Positions 49,153 to 62,984 of a DNA stretch of 64,000 bases are shown here, in pieces. Both the position numbers and the translations under genes were made by a program. The DNA is from Flaccisagitta enflata (lineage: Eukaryota). Positions within the stretch are counted from its first letter, which is position 1. Each line of letters begins with the position of its first letter. The stretch is taken from contig OZ231126.1 of assembly GCA_965153355.1 (NCBI GenBank), positions 10,974,001-11,038,000 on the forward strand. Reading direction: 5' to 3'. The notes beneath the pieces are model-generated. The model was not told the DNA's origin and ran no database searches. It saw nothing but the letters and a program-made list of their open reading frames with translations.

Positions 49153-52100
49153 TATTGGGGGCGTACCTGATAAGAAGTAGGGATATCCCCTGGTCAATGG
49201 GTAATCGATGGAGTCTATATACAGAAGTGTCATCTGGATCTTGGAAGAGAGAAAGAAGGCTGATATCACATATAGGGGTTGATGATGACGTTGTATTGAG
49301 GTACGACGCAATCGGTAAAGAATACAGTGTAGAGATATATGAGAGGAGAAGCTGCCACGCGAATTATATGAGAAGATAATGATATACTAGACGCGTATGC
49401 CACTGCTGAACAACTGATGAATGATAAGAGAATGAACGTTAGGTAATGACAATCATTCATAGGCAAGACGTAACGACAGAATAATGACAGCATAATGACA
49501 ATCTGATAACGACAGTAGCAATGGCTTACAATGTGAATCTAACAGCTTCTCCCCCCTTTCTATTCGAAAGTCCCGTGAGAACAAAGAAAAAAAAATTGCT
49601 ACCGGCGGGACTATCCCTTTCATCGCAGAAAGGCATTCAAATCCAACAAAAATTTATAACTATTGTTATACATTTCTGTAAAAAGGGCGAACAATGAGGA
49701 ATCACTAAATGTAAGTTAGTTTGTGAAACAAGATTTTAAATATCAGTCCATGACCAAACGAATCTCGACAAGGCGCAGACGACTTGATCTTGGGCTTGGG
49801 GCAGAAGAATGGATGTTGCATGTTGAGAAGGTACCGCTCATCAGTGAGAGAATCGCCACGGAAGGGGAGACATGGAAAGAGAAATGACAGAATATGAAGA
49901 ACCATAGCTAGTTCTCGCTAGTCTGTCCGTCGGTGAAAGGTGCGATGACTGATTCTGATTCACCTTGTTGAGGAGATGGCCCATCCTGAGGGGCAAGGAC
50001 AATGACGTAAACCAAGCCACGACATCTGCGACGAGCAACCGGGACGGGCTGGATGTTCATTTGATGAGGCTGTAATCCCATGGCGACTCGTAGAGAAGTG
50101 TGTCCCTCGGTGGACACACTAAGATTCTTCTTGGAGGGAACCAATATTGAAAACTTGCGCTTGCGACTGTCCCTTTGGTGGGACAAGCTTCTTTGGTGGC
50201 GGCAATGGTTCTGCCCGTCGATGGCACAGAACGGATCAGTGGATAATCTTATCTGTGGTGAGGAAAAAGCTTCTCAGCGGCAACAAAGGTTCTGCCCGTC
50301 GATGGCACAGAACAGACGGATGAGAGGATATTTCTTTCTTGAAAACTTGCACATACTGGTAGATTGGGCAATAACGATTCTGTCCGTCGATGGCACAGAA
50401 TGGATGAGAAGGTGATTCTTTCTTCAATCAAACTTGAAATTTTGCATGTGGGACTGTCCCTAAGGTGGGGCAATCAGCTTCTTTAGCATCATTGGCGACT
50501 TCTAGCTGAAGTGTGACCCTCGGTGATCACACAAAGATTGGCACTTATCTAAGAAACTTCTTACGCCGCAACATAAGTTCTGCCTTACGTGTGAAAAGGA
50601 TGTTTTATCTTTGGTGAGAAAAGCTTCTTTAGCGGCAACAATTCTGCCCGTCGATGTCACAGAATAAATGAGGATGAATTAATCAGACTCAGAATTGGTA
50701 GAAGCTATCCTAGCTGTGAGAAATGGGCCGTGACTTCGCGAGAGTATCACAGAACTATCCCGTTGACAAGGAAATCAGATGAAATGATAATGAAATTTTT
50801 CTGTGCTGCGTCGGGGAAAACATTGTTGGGTTCGGTCCCTTCAATGTCAGAAGGATGGAAACACGAGCAAGATAAAATTTAGGTCTTCTTGATGAAAAAT
50901 GGTTTATCTCCATTGAAGCAATCAAGGTTCAAAGAGCGTAGAGTAATTATCCGTCGAATTCGATGCCAGATGAGAAACCCGGAAGGAAGGTAAGTCGATA
51001 TCCCTCCTTTTAAAATGGTCGTCCCGACCATAGCACTTTTGTTTGAATTTCAGACGAGTACGAAGCGTCTCAGCGCAATGCGGCGCAATCGAAGAAATGA
51101 GGGTTGTTATGAAGTTTAAAAACCTTGGAGGCATCTTGCACGGTGAGGAACCATTTTCTTCTGGTTCCATGCATCTGGAAATCTATGGGCTTGAGTAAGA
51201 CAATGTGATGTGGGTTCCATAATCTGTGAAGCTGATAAAAGCAGTTGACATGTTAATTGAATATCAGAAGAGGAAGAGAAGAATTGCGGACGAGAAGCCT
51301 AATGAAGCTTCCATGTAACAGGGATGTTTGGTAGTGAGAGATTTTGGCCAAGACGATATAAGGCCAGATATATATGTATATTCTTAGAGGGATATCATCC
51401 ATTATTATAGCAGTTAAAGTTGATAATACTGCAGGGTCCGATCCCTACAGCACGAATGTTAACAGCACAAAATAGGGGCGTCATGAAGTTTCAAACAAGG
51501 TAAGAAGCCACAGTGGCCACGGTAAGGAGTCATTTTCTTCTAGTCCCATGTAGCTTTAAAGTGAAACCAGAGAAGAGCAAATAAGCGGCGGCAAAGTGAA
51601 AGGGCTGTGAAACTAATAAGACCAGTGATCATGAATGTGTGATTGAAGTGAAGGAGTGATGTGGAGAACGACGGAAAAGGAGTGGGACGACTTCCGATTT
51701 CCATGCGACAGAGTTGCTTGGTTGTGAGTGATTTTGGCCGAGATGATATAAGGCCAGAGATAAGTTTTCAAACTTGGGGATTTCCCCCGCTCCAGCAAAA
51801 TAGGAAGACATCCAATCATTCGGATCATACATTAGGATCTGAACTTATTTGTGGCCACTAATAGAAAATGTTCATTCAAAGATCTCAATCATCAATGTCG
51901 CACCTGTTTCGTCGAGAGATAGAGTTGACCCGTTCTGTTCAAAAACAATATCTTTATTGGGATTTCCCCAGAGCGCGCGACTTCAAGCAAGCAAATCTGA
52001 TGGTTAAAGAGCAGGAAGTTGTTGAGAGATAGGACGGAGTGAGATGACAGATGACTGATTGATCACATGATTGCATGAGCAGGTAGCGAAAGATAGATCC

Positions 52101-55100
52101 AGCATAGTTATTTAAGATTTAATACAGAGGCATGCCAAAGAGATCCACGAAAGAATGCTGACTAATTACTCGACTAGATGAGGTGCATTTACATAAAGGT
52201 GAGACTAACTACGGCGCAACGCGACGGGAGCTGTTTTGTTCGGATTCCAGTGTGCAGATAAAAGCGACTATTGTGATAAGGCGCATCACAATTCAATGTT
52301 GGTAAAATATTGGACGGTCCAGGTGAAATTTTTAAGTGGATCAACAATGTAGCAATGCGGTTGAGATACACTTATGTGAGACAGCAATGGATAAGATGTA
52401 AGCCAAGGATGACCGTTCAGTCAGGATCCAAGGCTAAGCGTATATTCACTATTGAGAGTCATCCTGTTCCCCAGGATTCCTGGGTTTCCGGACACAAATT
52501 ACTGCCAGATAAGTGTCATGATCCGGTTGGGAGATCCCCATCAGTTGCCAAAATTTTGTCGTTGTCAACAGCGTGGACTCAGGAATGGGCATTTCCACCG
52601 ATTCATCAGTAACACTGTCTGGGTGAGTGGAAAGTGTTGATGTATCTTTTCTCGTCGAATTGGCAATGTCAGTAAGTGGGAGAGGTTCATGATTATGTTC
52701 ACAAGAAGAAGCGATAGAGGCGCCATCAAGAAAGTTTGCGAGATCCTGTACAATGAGCCTAAATTCTCCTTTGCATTTGGTTTTTCTTGCATGACGACAG
52801 ACCCATTTTTGATCAAATTTGTGACGTTGAGAACCTCGTACACGACGGTATTCAAAACCTTTGTATACAATGACATCAATTTTGCGGGGTCCAACTTCCT
52901 GAAAAAGTGTGAACTCATCCACAGCCAAGCAAGAGGGTCGTTCGAAGTTAAAGCCATCCGCATCTCCAGATGATGCCTGTGAAGGGCGGTCTGCAGAATG
53001 TTGTGAAGTTTCTTCCTTCACAACATAATTGCTAGTTTCACCAGAATTGATGGGCGGAGACGCTGAGGCACCAAGTGGTGAGGTGCACGGTAGAGCTGTT
53101 GTCGGTGACAGCTCTGAATTGGTCACATCGCATGGCGTTGTTGGCTTCGGTGGCGAACCCACATTACCAAAGTTGCTTGGAAGAGTCGTCGTCGGTGGCG
53201 ACTCCGTCCTTGTACCACTAACAGCGGGAATCCCATAACTGGCCTCCAATATTGGAGGTGGCGACATAAAGGCACCAAGTTGTGGCAGTGAGTATTCCAA
53301 AGTAGGCATCCATGGTGATAATGTTGAGTGATGCGATAAGAACGGTGCTTCCAGATGAGGATCCATGAAGAACATAGGACGTTGAGGCAAGTCCATATTC
53401 AATGGTGGTTGAGGAAAATATCGCGAGGGAAGACTAGGCGACGGTAGTCCACAAGGCGCCCAAATGGTGGGAGATAGCGGGCCCAAAGGCCATGGGAGAT
53501 AAGGAGGCATGTTATCCAAAGGCGGCACTCCACTCGTGCTACTGGTAGGGTTGGTACTGCCAGTCCATGGGTTAAATGTTGATAGATCCAATGGGAGAAA
53601 TGGCACAACGATTGTGGCAGGATTTCGCAGGATTTGGTGATATCCATAATTATGCTGTCTGCTGGTCCATGTGGTTAACATCGACGGCGCTGATTGGCGA
53701 AATGGCACCGTTGCCATAGCAGGATTGTTGACAGGATACATGTTTAGAGAAATGTTGTTTTTTTTTTTTTTCAATAAAAGCAGTTAGGCAAGAGATTCAG
53801 ATTTTTGATTAAGTTTTTAGTTCGCTACAGACATTTACTTTGAAGCTAAAGTCATTAGAACAATATCCTCCCGTTTATGTGGCACACGCGTCTAGACAAA
53901 TATATACAGTATCTTAAGTAATTTTACAGTTAGAAAGGAAGTTTTGTTTTTGATTGGATGCACAGAGTAGAAATGGAGCAGAAGCGAAGGAGATGGAGAT
54001 GTTGGGGCGAAGATGATGCGGTGATGAAGAGGAGAATTAGCAATGAAGCAAAGGAGAACTGATGGACACGCTCCGCCACATCCGGACTTGGCAGATCTCG
54101 TAACTGCTCTGGGGCAGGGCCGCAAGAGTGCCAACAGAACTCAAGTGAGGTATGGAGGAGAAGGCGCCAAAGGTTGGATTTTCCCTCCGGGTAACGCAGA
54201 ATGCCGGAGGGGAAATTGAGTGTTCTCTTGCCACAGACAGAAAGTTTCCCCAAGAACACTCTGAAGCTGATCCACACCTAGTAAATTGAATGGTCACGGG
54301 GTCTTCTTACGCATAGTAGTCCCAAAACACCTGTCCACCCGGGGGGTGCGTGTAGAAGTGACGGACATGTCCGGCGATGGAGGGTTAATAATGGCTTTCT
54401 TACGCATGCATGGACAACCATAAGCAAAGTGTTCAATACAGATCTATGGAGAAAGTCGATGATTAGCACCTTGAGGGACGAATGATCATAAGGGCCCGCA
54501 ACGTCGTAAGGGCTCCAAAGCACCGGCCACCCGAAGACACCATAATCTATATTGGGATTTCCCGGTAAAAAGTGAATTCTGGCGATGGCGGGTATCACTG
54601 AGGAGTGCTAAGCGTCCGCAGCCGATCATAAGCGAACCGTTCAGCAATAATCGGGAAGTAGAAGCGAAGAAGTAGAAAACGAAGTTAGATGGGGAGGTCC
54701 CCCGGACGAATGACGGACGGGGATCTTCCCTAACACGGTATGTGTTAGAGAACGGACGAAGCACCAGCTATTGGGGGCGTACCTGATAAGAAGTAGGGAT
54801 ATCCCCTGGTCAATGGGTAATCGATGGAGTCTATATACAGAAGTGTCATCTGGATCTTGGAAGAGAGAAAGAAGGCTGATATCACATATAGGGGTTGATG
54901 ATGACGTTGTATTGAGGTACGACGCAATCGGTAAAGAATACAGTGTAGAGATATATGAGAGGAGAAGCTGCCACGCGAATTATATGAGAAGATAATGATA
55001 TACTAGACGCGTATGCCACTGCTGAACAACTGATGAATGATAAGAGAATGAACGTTAGGTAATGACAATCATTCATAGGCAAGACGTAACGACAGAATAA

Positions 55101-55160
55101 TGACAGCATAATGACAATCTGATAACGACAGTAGCAATGGCTTACAATGTGAATCTAACA
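49153..55160 (-). mobile_element. LTR element (6008 bp) without recognisable gag/pol; recent insertion
   Basis: 392-bp direct repeats at 49153-49544 and 54769-55160 look identical by eye. 5-bp TSD TGCCC at 49148-49152 and 55161-55165. On the minus strand there is a PBS-like TGGTGCTTCG 2 nt after the 5' LTR and a polypurine tract AAAGGGGGGAGAA before the 3' LTR. Confidence 0.92.
52449..53741 (-). CDS. Pro/Ser/Thr-rich protein with FLYWCH-type zinc finger, carried inside the LTR element (430 aa from the first ATG)
   Basis: Longest non-microsatellite ORF in the window. IVYKGFEY...KWVCRHARKTKCKG...EHNHEP (~52685-52885) fits the FLYWCH pattern YxGFxY..WxC..C...HNH. Confidence 0.7.
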   Translation of the reverse strand: MYPVNNPAMATVPFRQSAPSMLTTWTSRQHNYGYHQILRNPATIVVPFLPLDLSTFNPWTGSTNPTSSTSGVPPLDNMPPYLPWPLGPLSPTIWAPCGLPSPSLPSRYFPQPPLNMDLPQRPMFFMDPHLEAPFLSHHSTLSPWMPTLEYSLPQLGAFMSPPPILEASYGIPAVSGTRTESPPTTTLPSNFGNVGSPPKPTTPCDVTNSELSPTTALPCTSPLGASASPPINSGETSNYVVKEETSQHSADRPSQASSGDADGFNFERPSCLAVDEFTLFQEVGPRKIDVIVYKGFEYRRVRGSQRHKFDQKWVCRHARKTKCKGEFRLIVQDLANFLDGASIASSCEHNHEPLPLTDIANSTRKDTSTLSTHPDSVTDESVEMPIPESTLLTTTKFWQLMGISQPDHDTYLAVICVRKPRNPGEQDDSQ

Positions 55161-56573
55161 TGCCCACCCATCTGCAACATTACTGAGACCATACATAACG
55201 TTAATGCAATAAGATGAAATTGTCACATGAATATATCTGAGGCCTACTTACTTCGTTTTTCAAAATCTAAGAGCGACTGTAGCGGAATCTGAGAAAAAAC
55301 ACCAAAAATACCTATAATTTTGTTGTTTTTACAGCATTTTACAGCATATACTGACACTATTTTTCAACATCTAATGGTTGATTCTTTTCAAAATAGTGTT
55401 CCTAGACCAGTTACACTAATTTTGAGTACAGATGAATCAATGCTGCAGTATATAGTAGGGGAATACTGAAAAAACAGTAAAAAATGCTATTTTACAGCAT
55501 TTTTACAGCATTTTAGAGCATTAATTCAAAATTCTATCAGGAAATTTTTGAGAATTTAGTATGAATTGATAAATTAAGTATTCCCGATGCCCATCCCATT
55601 GGTTGTTTTTACCTCCTGTTCATTCTTGACCACATAAAGCCTCCAACAATGCGTGACTTTTAAAAAGCTTGAGGCAGTTATAAGAAATGTGTTTACACCT
55701 AAAGACATCGAATCACAAAAATACTCACAAATCGAGAATGCCTAGACTGAGGGACTTGAAATTTTAGGGTTAGACGCAGAATTTGATGCTCTTTCAGACT
55801 ATTCCCAGTGCAAACTTCCCTAGTTTCTTATGATGGGTCTCAATACTAGGATTCACAGCGTGACATAAGCGTGACAGGGTGTGAACACATTTCTTATAGC
55901 ACATTGAAAATTTAATATTTATACATTGAGACATAACAAAGTTACGAAATTTGGCATGAACACTCTCATATGTCTCCACTAAACGGGCAAAAAAGAAAAA
56001 GTTGAAAAACTCAAGGATAGATAGTGTTTTTTATCAATAATTGGAATTTTTTCCAAAAATTGTTAAAAATAGTACTTTTTAAAAAATTTTGAAAATTGTA
56101 TTTTTTCTATTATGAACAAGGACCTATCAACGAATGATTTTAAGTCCTCAAAACCATAACCAGGACCAATGAAAATGCCCCATTTCTTCATATCACATTA
56201 TGTTTTTTCTCATATTTTACAGTGGAGATAGTCAGTGGGACATAAAAAGGACATATAAAAATTGTCCAAATCAGCCCTTTTTTGGGTCTTAGATCGTAAA
56301 AATATGTCGACACTGAAGAAAGTAGGTTGTTACCAGAGTGCTACCTGATGTCCCTGACCACCTAGGGACACTTTTCTCCAAAAAGAAATTGAGAATGGAT
56401 ACTTTATATGTCATCCTGTATGGGTATTTCCTTGGCCCGGCGAAACCCGAATCTTACCTTAAACCGATCTACTGGCAAATTATGTTTGTTTACTAACCGG
56501 TCCAGGAACCTACAGGCCGGGGATTCTTATGAAGACAGACGTAATCACGCAAGGAGAAAATTGTGCAACTTTA

Positions 56574-56777
56574 CACCGTCTTCGGATCAGACTGTGAAAT
56601 GCAAAACCTTTATAGCTCCTAAACCACTAGGATAAATGCCACGAAATTTTTAATGAATATTGGTAATATGTGACGGTTTTTGCATGTCAAAGCTCAGATC
56701 AAAGTATAGAAAAGGTAAGGGGAAAACAAAATATTGAAAGAACTTCGATTTTTCAAGCAAAATCGCTTTTTTTAACT

Positions 56778-56811
<34 letters not shown>

Positions 56812-57150
56812 AAGGTGCTGTTTTTTTCTCAGAACATGCAGTAAATTCATAATACTTAAATTGACATTTGTCATCGAAAATAAATCCAAGAGTTTTTGTT
56901 GAAATGCAAAGCAATTTCAAGCAGATAAATACAACTTCTTTTTAAGGAAATGAGGAAAAATTGATTTTGATAAAAAATGGGTTTTTTTTCAATATCTTTT
57001 CCCCCTCACCTTTTCTATGCTATGATCTGAGATTTGACATGCAAAAACCGTCACATCATACCAATATTCATTGAAGATTTCATGATTTTTTTCTGAGTAG
57101 TTTAGGAGCAATAAAGGTTTTGCATTTTACAGTCCGCTCCGAAGACGGAG
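56574..57150. mobile_element. Foldback MITE
   Basis: Long inverted arms (CCGTCTTCGGA..GACTGT.AAATGCAAAACCTTTAT.GCTCCTAAAC...); TA flanks. Confidence 0.75.
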
Positions 57151-57200
57151 TAGTGTTCCACTATCGTGTTACACAATTACTCGTATTTTACCCTGCTTGC

Positions 57201-57268
<68 letters not shown>

Positions 57269-60200
57269 ATGTATCTAATTTATATCTAATATATCTAATT
57301 AAATAGATCTAATTACGAAATGACAAGAGAAAATAAATGACAATAAATGATAGTGACAATAAATGACGGTGATGATACATGACATAATGATAAATGAGGC
57401 ACGAGAAATGACACTAATTTGCCCCCGTCATCAACAAATTGATAACAGTAATCGTTTGGTTATTTACTCATTTTGTCTAGAGTAAAAGTGGTTCTGTTTG
57501 TTTGTCTGATAACGGGTGGTCAAAAAAAAAGTGACTTTTTCATTTTCTCATATATTTTGTAAAAGTATACTTAGGGTAAAATTTCTTTTTTTGCTAATAA
57601 AATATAGTGTAGGAGAATTTTTTTTATTATTATGATTTGTGTACATTTTTTGTACATTTCAAATTATTTACAATAAACTGATTTTAATTTTGGACCGCTT
57701 TGATTTTTACCAAAAATTTTCTGTAAAAAAATTGAAATCTTTTCATAGATTCACTATCTATAGTTAAAGAGGACTCAAAAACTGATAAAAAATCTAAGAA
57801 AAATTAAAAGAGTACTAACATATACCAAAACAAAAGATACTTCTAAAAAACATCCATTTCTTTTTTATTCAAATCTCTTAAACAAAAGCTTGGATGCTTA
57901 TAGATAATTGTATTTATTTCAGAAAGGACCTAATGAACCAATTTGTTTCTTAAAAACCACTGATTATCTATGTTATAATTGATTCATGCAAACATTTTAT
58001 TTTTTTATATTTATATAATTATCTGTTTTACAAAACTGAAAAAAATTAAATTTTTTCATACAATTTATTTTATTTTCAAAATATTAACTCATAAAAAAAA
58101 TTTGAAATTTTGAGAAGCTTTCAACCAAGGCTTAATGCAATAAACCTACCTGTGTGTGTTTGGACTGCATAATGTGGGGAAAAAAGTTGAAGATTACCTT
58201 CGGCTTATTAAGACTTGCGTAGAAAATTACAATCACGGAAAATATCACTCAAAGTAATAAATATTCACATCTGTTTCTTTACTAATATTTTTGTGCCAAA
58301 TCTTCTACTAACCTTGTTATCCACGAATTTCTTGGAAATACCGGGCAAGGAAACATGACGAATGTGAAAAAACAAGGTCATTAGATCTAAGTCGCGTGCG
58401 TCGGCACTTTGGGAAAAGTCAGGCAGACAAACAGATGAACAGACTATAACATTTTAAAGACCTTGAAACTAGCAATAGAAAGCCTTAAAAACAAATTTTT
58501 GACAAACCAATGGACAGACAGATGGATGGACTGACAGGCAGATGGACAAACAGAGGGCAGACGGACCAAAAGTGGCTTATAGAGGTGTATGAATGATGTA
58601 AAAACATTTAATAACATTTAAAATATCTTTAAATTGCTTAAGACGCCCTTTATACAACTTTGTGACGGACAGACAGGTGGACCAACTGACCAACTGACTT
58701 ACCAAAAAGTGGCTTAACGAGGTTCATAATTGCCTTAGAAACATTCAATAACATTAAAAATGTCTTTATTTTGTCTGAAACACGTTAAAACAGTTTTGTG
58801 ACCAACCGACCGACCGACGGCCTGACGGACCGAAAAGTGGCTTATAGAGTCGCGTAGCACGCGATTAAAAAGTTTACAAAGCAAGGTCAGGTAGGCCAAT
58901 AGATGCAAGTGAATATGTGCGGTGGTTGAGGTAAGGAAAACAATGTTCGGATAATGGAAAGATCGGAATACAGACACACAAACAGTTAGACTTATAACAA
59001 TATTAACAATATTAAAGAGGGTAGATTTGCGTAATGCGTATGGATCATGAGATGTCGCGCTGAATAATCGTGAAGGAAAAAAGATATGAAGGTAAGTTTG
59101 TCAAACGTCTGTGATTCTAAACAAAGTGTCTTTACATACAGCTTCTTAGGCTTTTGAGGCGACCGATGAACATATTAACTGGCTGATGATAATTGATATG
59201 AGAACAAGATCGCTTCGTCATCCGCAGGCTTTTCGGTTGAGGGGGTTTTACCAACGGATAGGCTGACCAACGCTTAGATATGCGATAGGCGATGAGGCAT
59301 CTTAAAGAAAATGGTCGCAAAAGCGTTAGCGGTACCCGTTGCCCCTGTGAGTGTGTGGCGATGTGTGACGGTGAGAGGGGCAGCGGCCCCGAAGGAGCCA
59401 ATGATCTATACTTTACTTAATTATTTTGGAGGCTTTATGTTGGGACTTGAGCCTAGAGGCTGCAATTTGAGCTTGGAGGCTGAAATTTGGGCCCTGTGGC
59501 TGGATATTTAGCTTCAAGGCTGGATTCTGGGCTTTGAGGCTCGATTCTGAGCCTTGAGGCTGGATTTGAGGCTTTGAAGCTGGAATCTGAAATCTGAAGC
59601 TTGAAGTTGGGATATAAGCCTTTAGGTTGGAATTTGAGCCTTGAGGCTGAATTTTTGGCTTAAAGTCTAGATTTGAGGGTTGAGGGATGAACAGAGAAGG
59701 AGGAGAAGAGGGAGGAGAAGTGAAGAGGCTGGAGAGGCTGGATTCTGGGCTTTGAGGCTCAATTTGAGCCTTGAGGCGGGATTTTAAGCTGTGAGGCTGA
59801 AATTTGAGGCTAGTAGCTGGAATTTGAGCCTCAAGGCTGGAATTTGAGCCTCAAGGCTAATAATTGAGCCTCGAGGCTAGATTTTGGGCTTTAAGGCTGG
59901 TTGAGGGGGTGGACGGAGAAAGAGGAGGAGGAGAAGAAGAAGAGGAAGAAAGAGGACAATTTTCTCCTGTGTGAAAGCAAGGGCAATATGTGGTCAGCGA
60001 TACCTGTTGCCCTACTTTGCATGGTTGTATATTGGAATGAGAGGAAGCAGGACAGCGGCCCCAAAGGGGTCAAAAACCTGTAGAACACAGGGAGACTTTC
60101 GTTTGTCCGTTCATCCATCTGTCCGTCCGTCAGTCTCCCCCTAGGCCCTCTCAGGCCTGAAATCTGCCCTCTCAGGCCTGAAATCTACCCTCTCAGGCTT

Positions 60201-60309
60201 AAAATCTGCCCTCTCAGGCCTTGAATCTGAGAGAGCAGATTTAAGGCCTGAAAGGTCAGGTTTCACGCCTAAGAGGGCAGATTTCAGGTCTGAGAGGACA
60301 GATTCAAGG

Positions 60310-60457
60310 GGGCAACCACGTAGTTACGACAGCGCCTGTCTGAAATCTTTGTGTTTGTTCTAAATTCACGTTGTTACGACGTCGTAACTACGTGCACTAT
60401 CCCTCAATGTCTCTGTCTAAACTGTGTGAACTCATTCACTTTTATACTATGCTTAAA

Positions 60458-60529
<72 letters not shown>

Positions 60530-61481
60530 TCTCTCTCTCTGGCTGTCTGTCTGTCTGTCTGTCTGTCTCTCTGTCTACCCCATCTGTCTGTCTGTCTGTA
60601 TGTCTCTCTGTCTCTCTGTGACCATCTCCATGCCTGTCCATTCATTGTTGTGATTATCCCACAGTAAGACATTGGTATGTATGAGCATTGAGCAAATCGA
60701 TATTTCAATGCTTCGGAGGTGAGAGAGAAAGAGAGACATAGAGATTTATATATACATACAGTAGATGTCATCTAGACTTGGAAATACGGGGGAACTCATA
60801 ACCTGAGCATCAGTATTGAGGGTGGACTGATATTTTGCTGGTGTAATATATAGACCCTAAGGGGTTGACAATAGGTTGTTGCATCCCCCTATGGCCTACT
60901 TTATGAATAGAATTTTTAGTATAAAATGTTAGGATTAATCACTTTTATGGCAGGATTTCATTTTCATCTTTTTGCTTTAATTGCAAAACCTGGAACCTTT
61001 AAAGAAATAAACTGATCAAGATGAATTTGAAGTCAAGTGAGTTAACCACTAGACCATTTCTGGCAGCTGTTTTAGTGGAGCAAATTTGATTTTGTACTTT
61101 TAAAAAAAATTTTCTATCCACAGATCTACCATACATCATCCCCTACAGGACATGAGCATTATACATACAATGAAGTTTTTTATTTCTAACCTTTGATGGT
61201 ATTTAAGAAAGCCTCATATGTGTCTAGATGACATCTACTAGATAGATATATAAATAGTCTGAGAAACAGAGTGAGACAGTATAATGTACTGCAAGTGGTT
61301 GAAAGTTCATTTAAATGATCAAATTGAGCATCTTGTAGTATTCACTCATTTAGTTTTCATTCACATAGTGACGACAGTCAAATGAGAAGCTGTTCATCAA
61401 TTTTTCATGTAGTTGCGACGTCGCAACTTCGTTCATTTTTTATGAACACAGTTTGGACTGTCGCAACTACATTAATACTTC
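60310..61481. mobile_element. Possible MULE-type non-autonomous element containing a nested Tc1-type MITE
   Basis: 9-bp flanking duplication GATTCAAGG at 60301-60309 and 61482-61490; degenerate TIRs containing the palindrome GTT(A/G)CGACGTCG(T/C)AACT. Confidence 0.55.
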
Positions 61482-61636
61482 GATTCAAGGCCTAGGAGGA
61501 CAGATTTCAGATCTGAGAGGCATGGCTGAGACACAAGAGAGGGTCTGGGGGTAATGAACGAACAGACGGACGAATGGACAGACAAAAATCTCCCTTGGTT
61601 GTACTTCGTCCCTTGGGTCCGCTGCTTGAGAGAGAG

Positions 61637-61681
<45 letters not shown>

Positions 61682-62984
61682 ATTGATGTCAGTGTTGTCA
61701 AGACCAACGCAGCACCTCAATATCTTGAAACCAAGGATATCACGCGACGTATTAGAACTTTCACTGACTCAGAGTTATAACGGATAGTTTAAAGTAATTT
61801 TTAATTTTTTATATTATCTTTAAAATTTCTCCTAAGTAAAAAATTTTTTTAGTTATTTAGATATAATCGTGCACATCATGTTCCATTATGGATATTTTTT
61901 ATGAAGATCAATATTTTTCAAGTTATCTTAAAAAACTAATTGAATTAGGACCACTAAAAATTGTGCTAAATTGAGTATAAAATAGTGTTCTCTCCAAAGT
62001 TTGCTTTTGAATTGCAATAGTTGATTAAAAGTAGGTCTTAGAAAGTAGCATGTTTTTTTAAATAAACAAATTCATATCTAAAACACTAATGATTATCAAT
62101 CATTTTTTATTAAAATAAGCAATAATGCCAGAAAAATTTTGATTGACCAACATAATTTGAATTTGTATATTATATTCATGTACACAAATTAAAAGGCTTA
62201 TTTATTTTGAATAATCACATAATAGGTAATTAAGAATCATTTTTATATTATTGAGATAAAGTGACTACTTTTTTTATGTCCACCCGGTATAAAGATTGTC
62301 TCAAACGTAAATGTGAAATTTGATAATTGGGTTTCCCAGCAGGAAAAGGGAAAGACTCACGTAGTATAAATATAGGTAGAATATGCAAAGGTTGAGAATA
62401 TACAAAATGAGGCTCGATGCAACGATGTTTTAATCACTGTGGATGTAACATAAGTTTTTATCCATTTCATCCGTTTGAGCGGACCTCTCCATCACGCGGT
62501 CGTCAAAAATGCCCCCCAAAATAACTCAATTTTTCTGATGTTGTTTCCTCTTTCTCAGTTTCTATTTCGACCCAAGAACCTAAAAAATATCCTAGTTGCT
62601 GCCCTGCTTAGTTGCTCAGCTGCTGCCCTGCTTCCTCTCAATCCAATTCACAATCATGCAAGTGATGCAATGCAGGGCAACAGGTATCGCTACCACATAG
62701 TGCCCTTGGGTGACCTGTTTTTAGTTGCGGACACGCAACTCTATAAGAGGCTTTGTCCGTCCGTCGGTTGGTCGGTCGGTCCGTCCGTGGACACGAGTCG
62801 AAAAGTGAGGAAATGAGCATTTTAGAACTTTTTTAGTTGCGGACAGTTGCATTTTCGCCCCTGCCCACCCGTCCGCAACTGATGGCCGTGTATCCGGCCT
62901 TGTTTTTTGGTTTTTTTTTTACAACGATTGCCTAGTAATTACCATGCTCTTTTCGTAAATAAAATTCATTAATTCATTCAAAGA

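Noticed and set aside
50209-50664. CRISPR-like array of 23-bp palindromic repeats
   Set aside because: Spacing is irregular, the spacers resemble each other, the context is a eukaryotic LTR element, and there are no cas genes.
57513-62288. Large DNA transposon bounded by CGGGTGG.CA.AAAAAAAGT-like inverted ends
   Set aside because: The TIR match is short and imperfect and the TSD is unclear; too weak to call.
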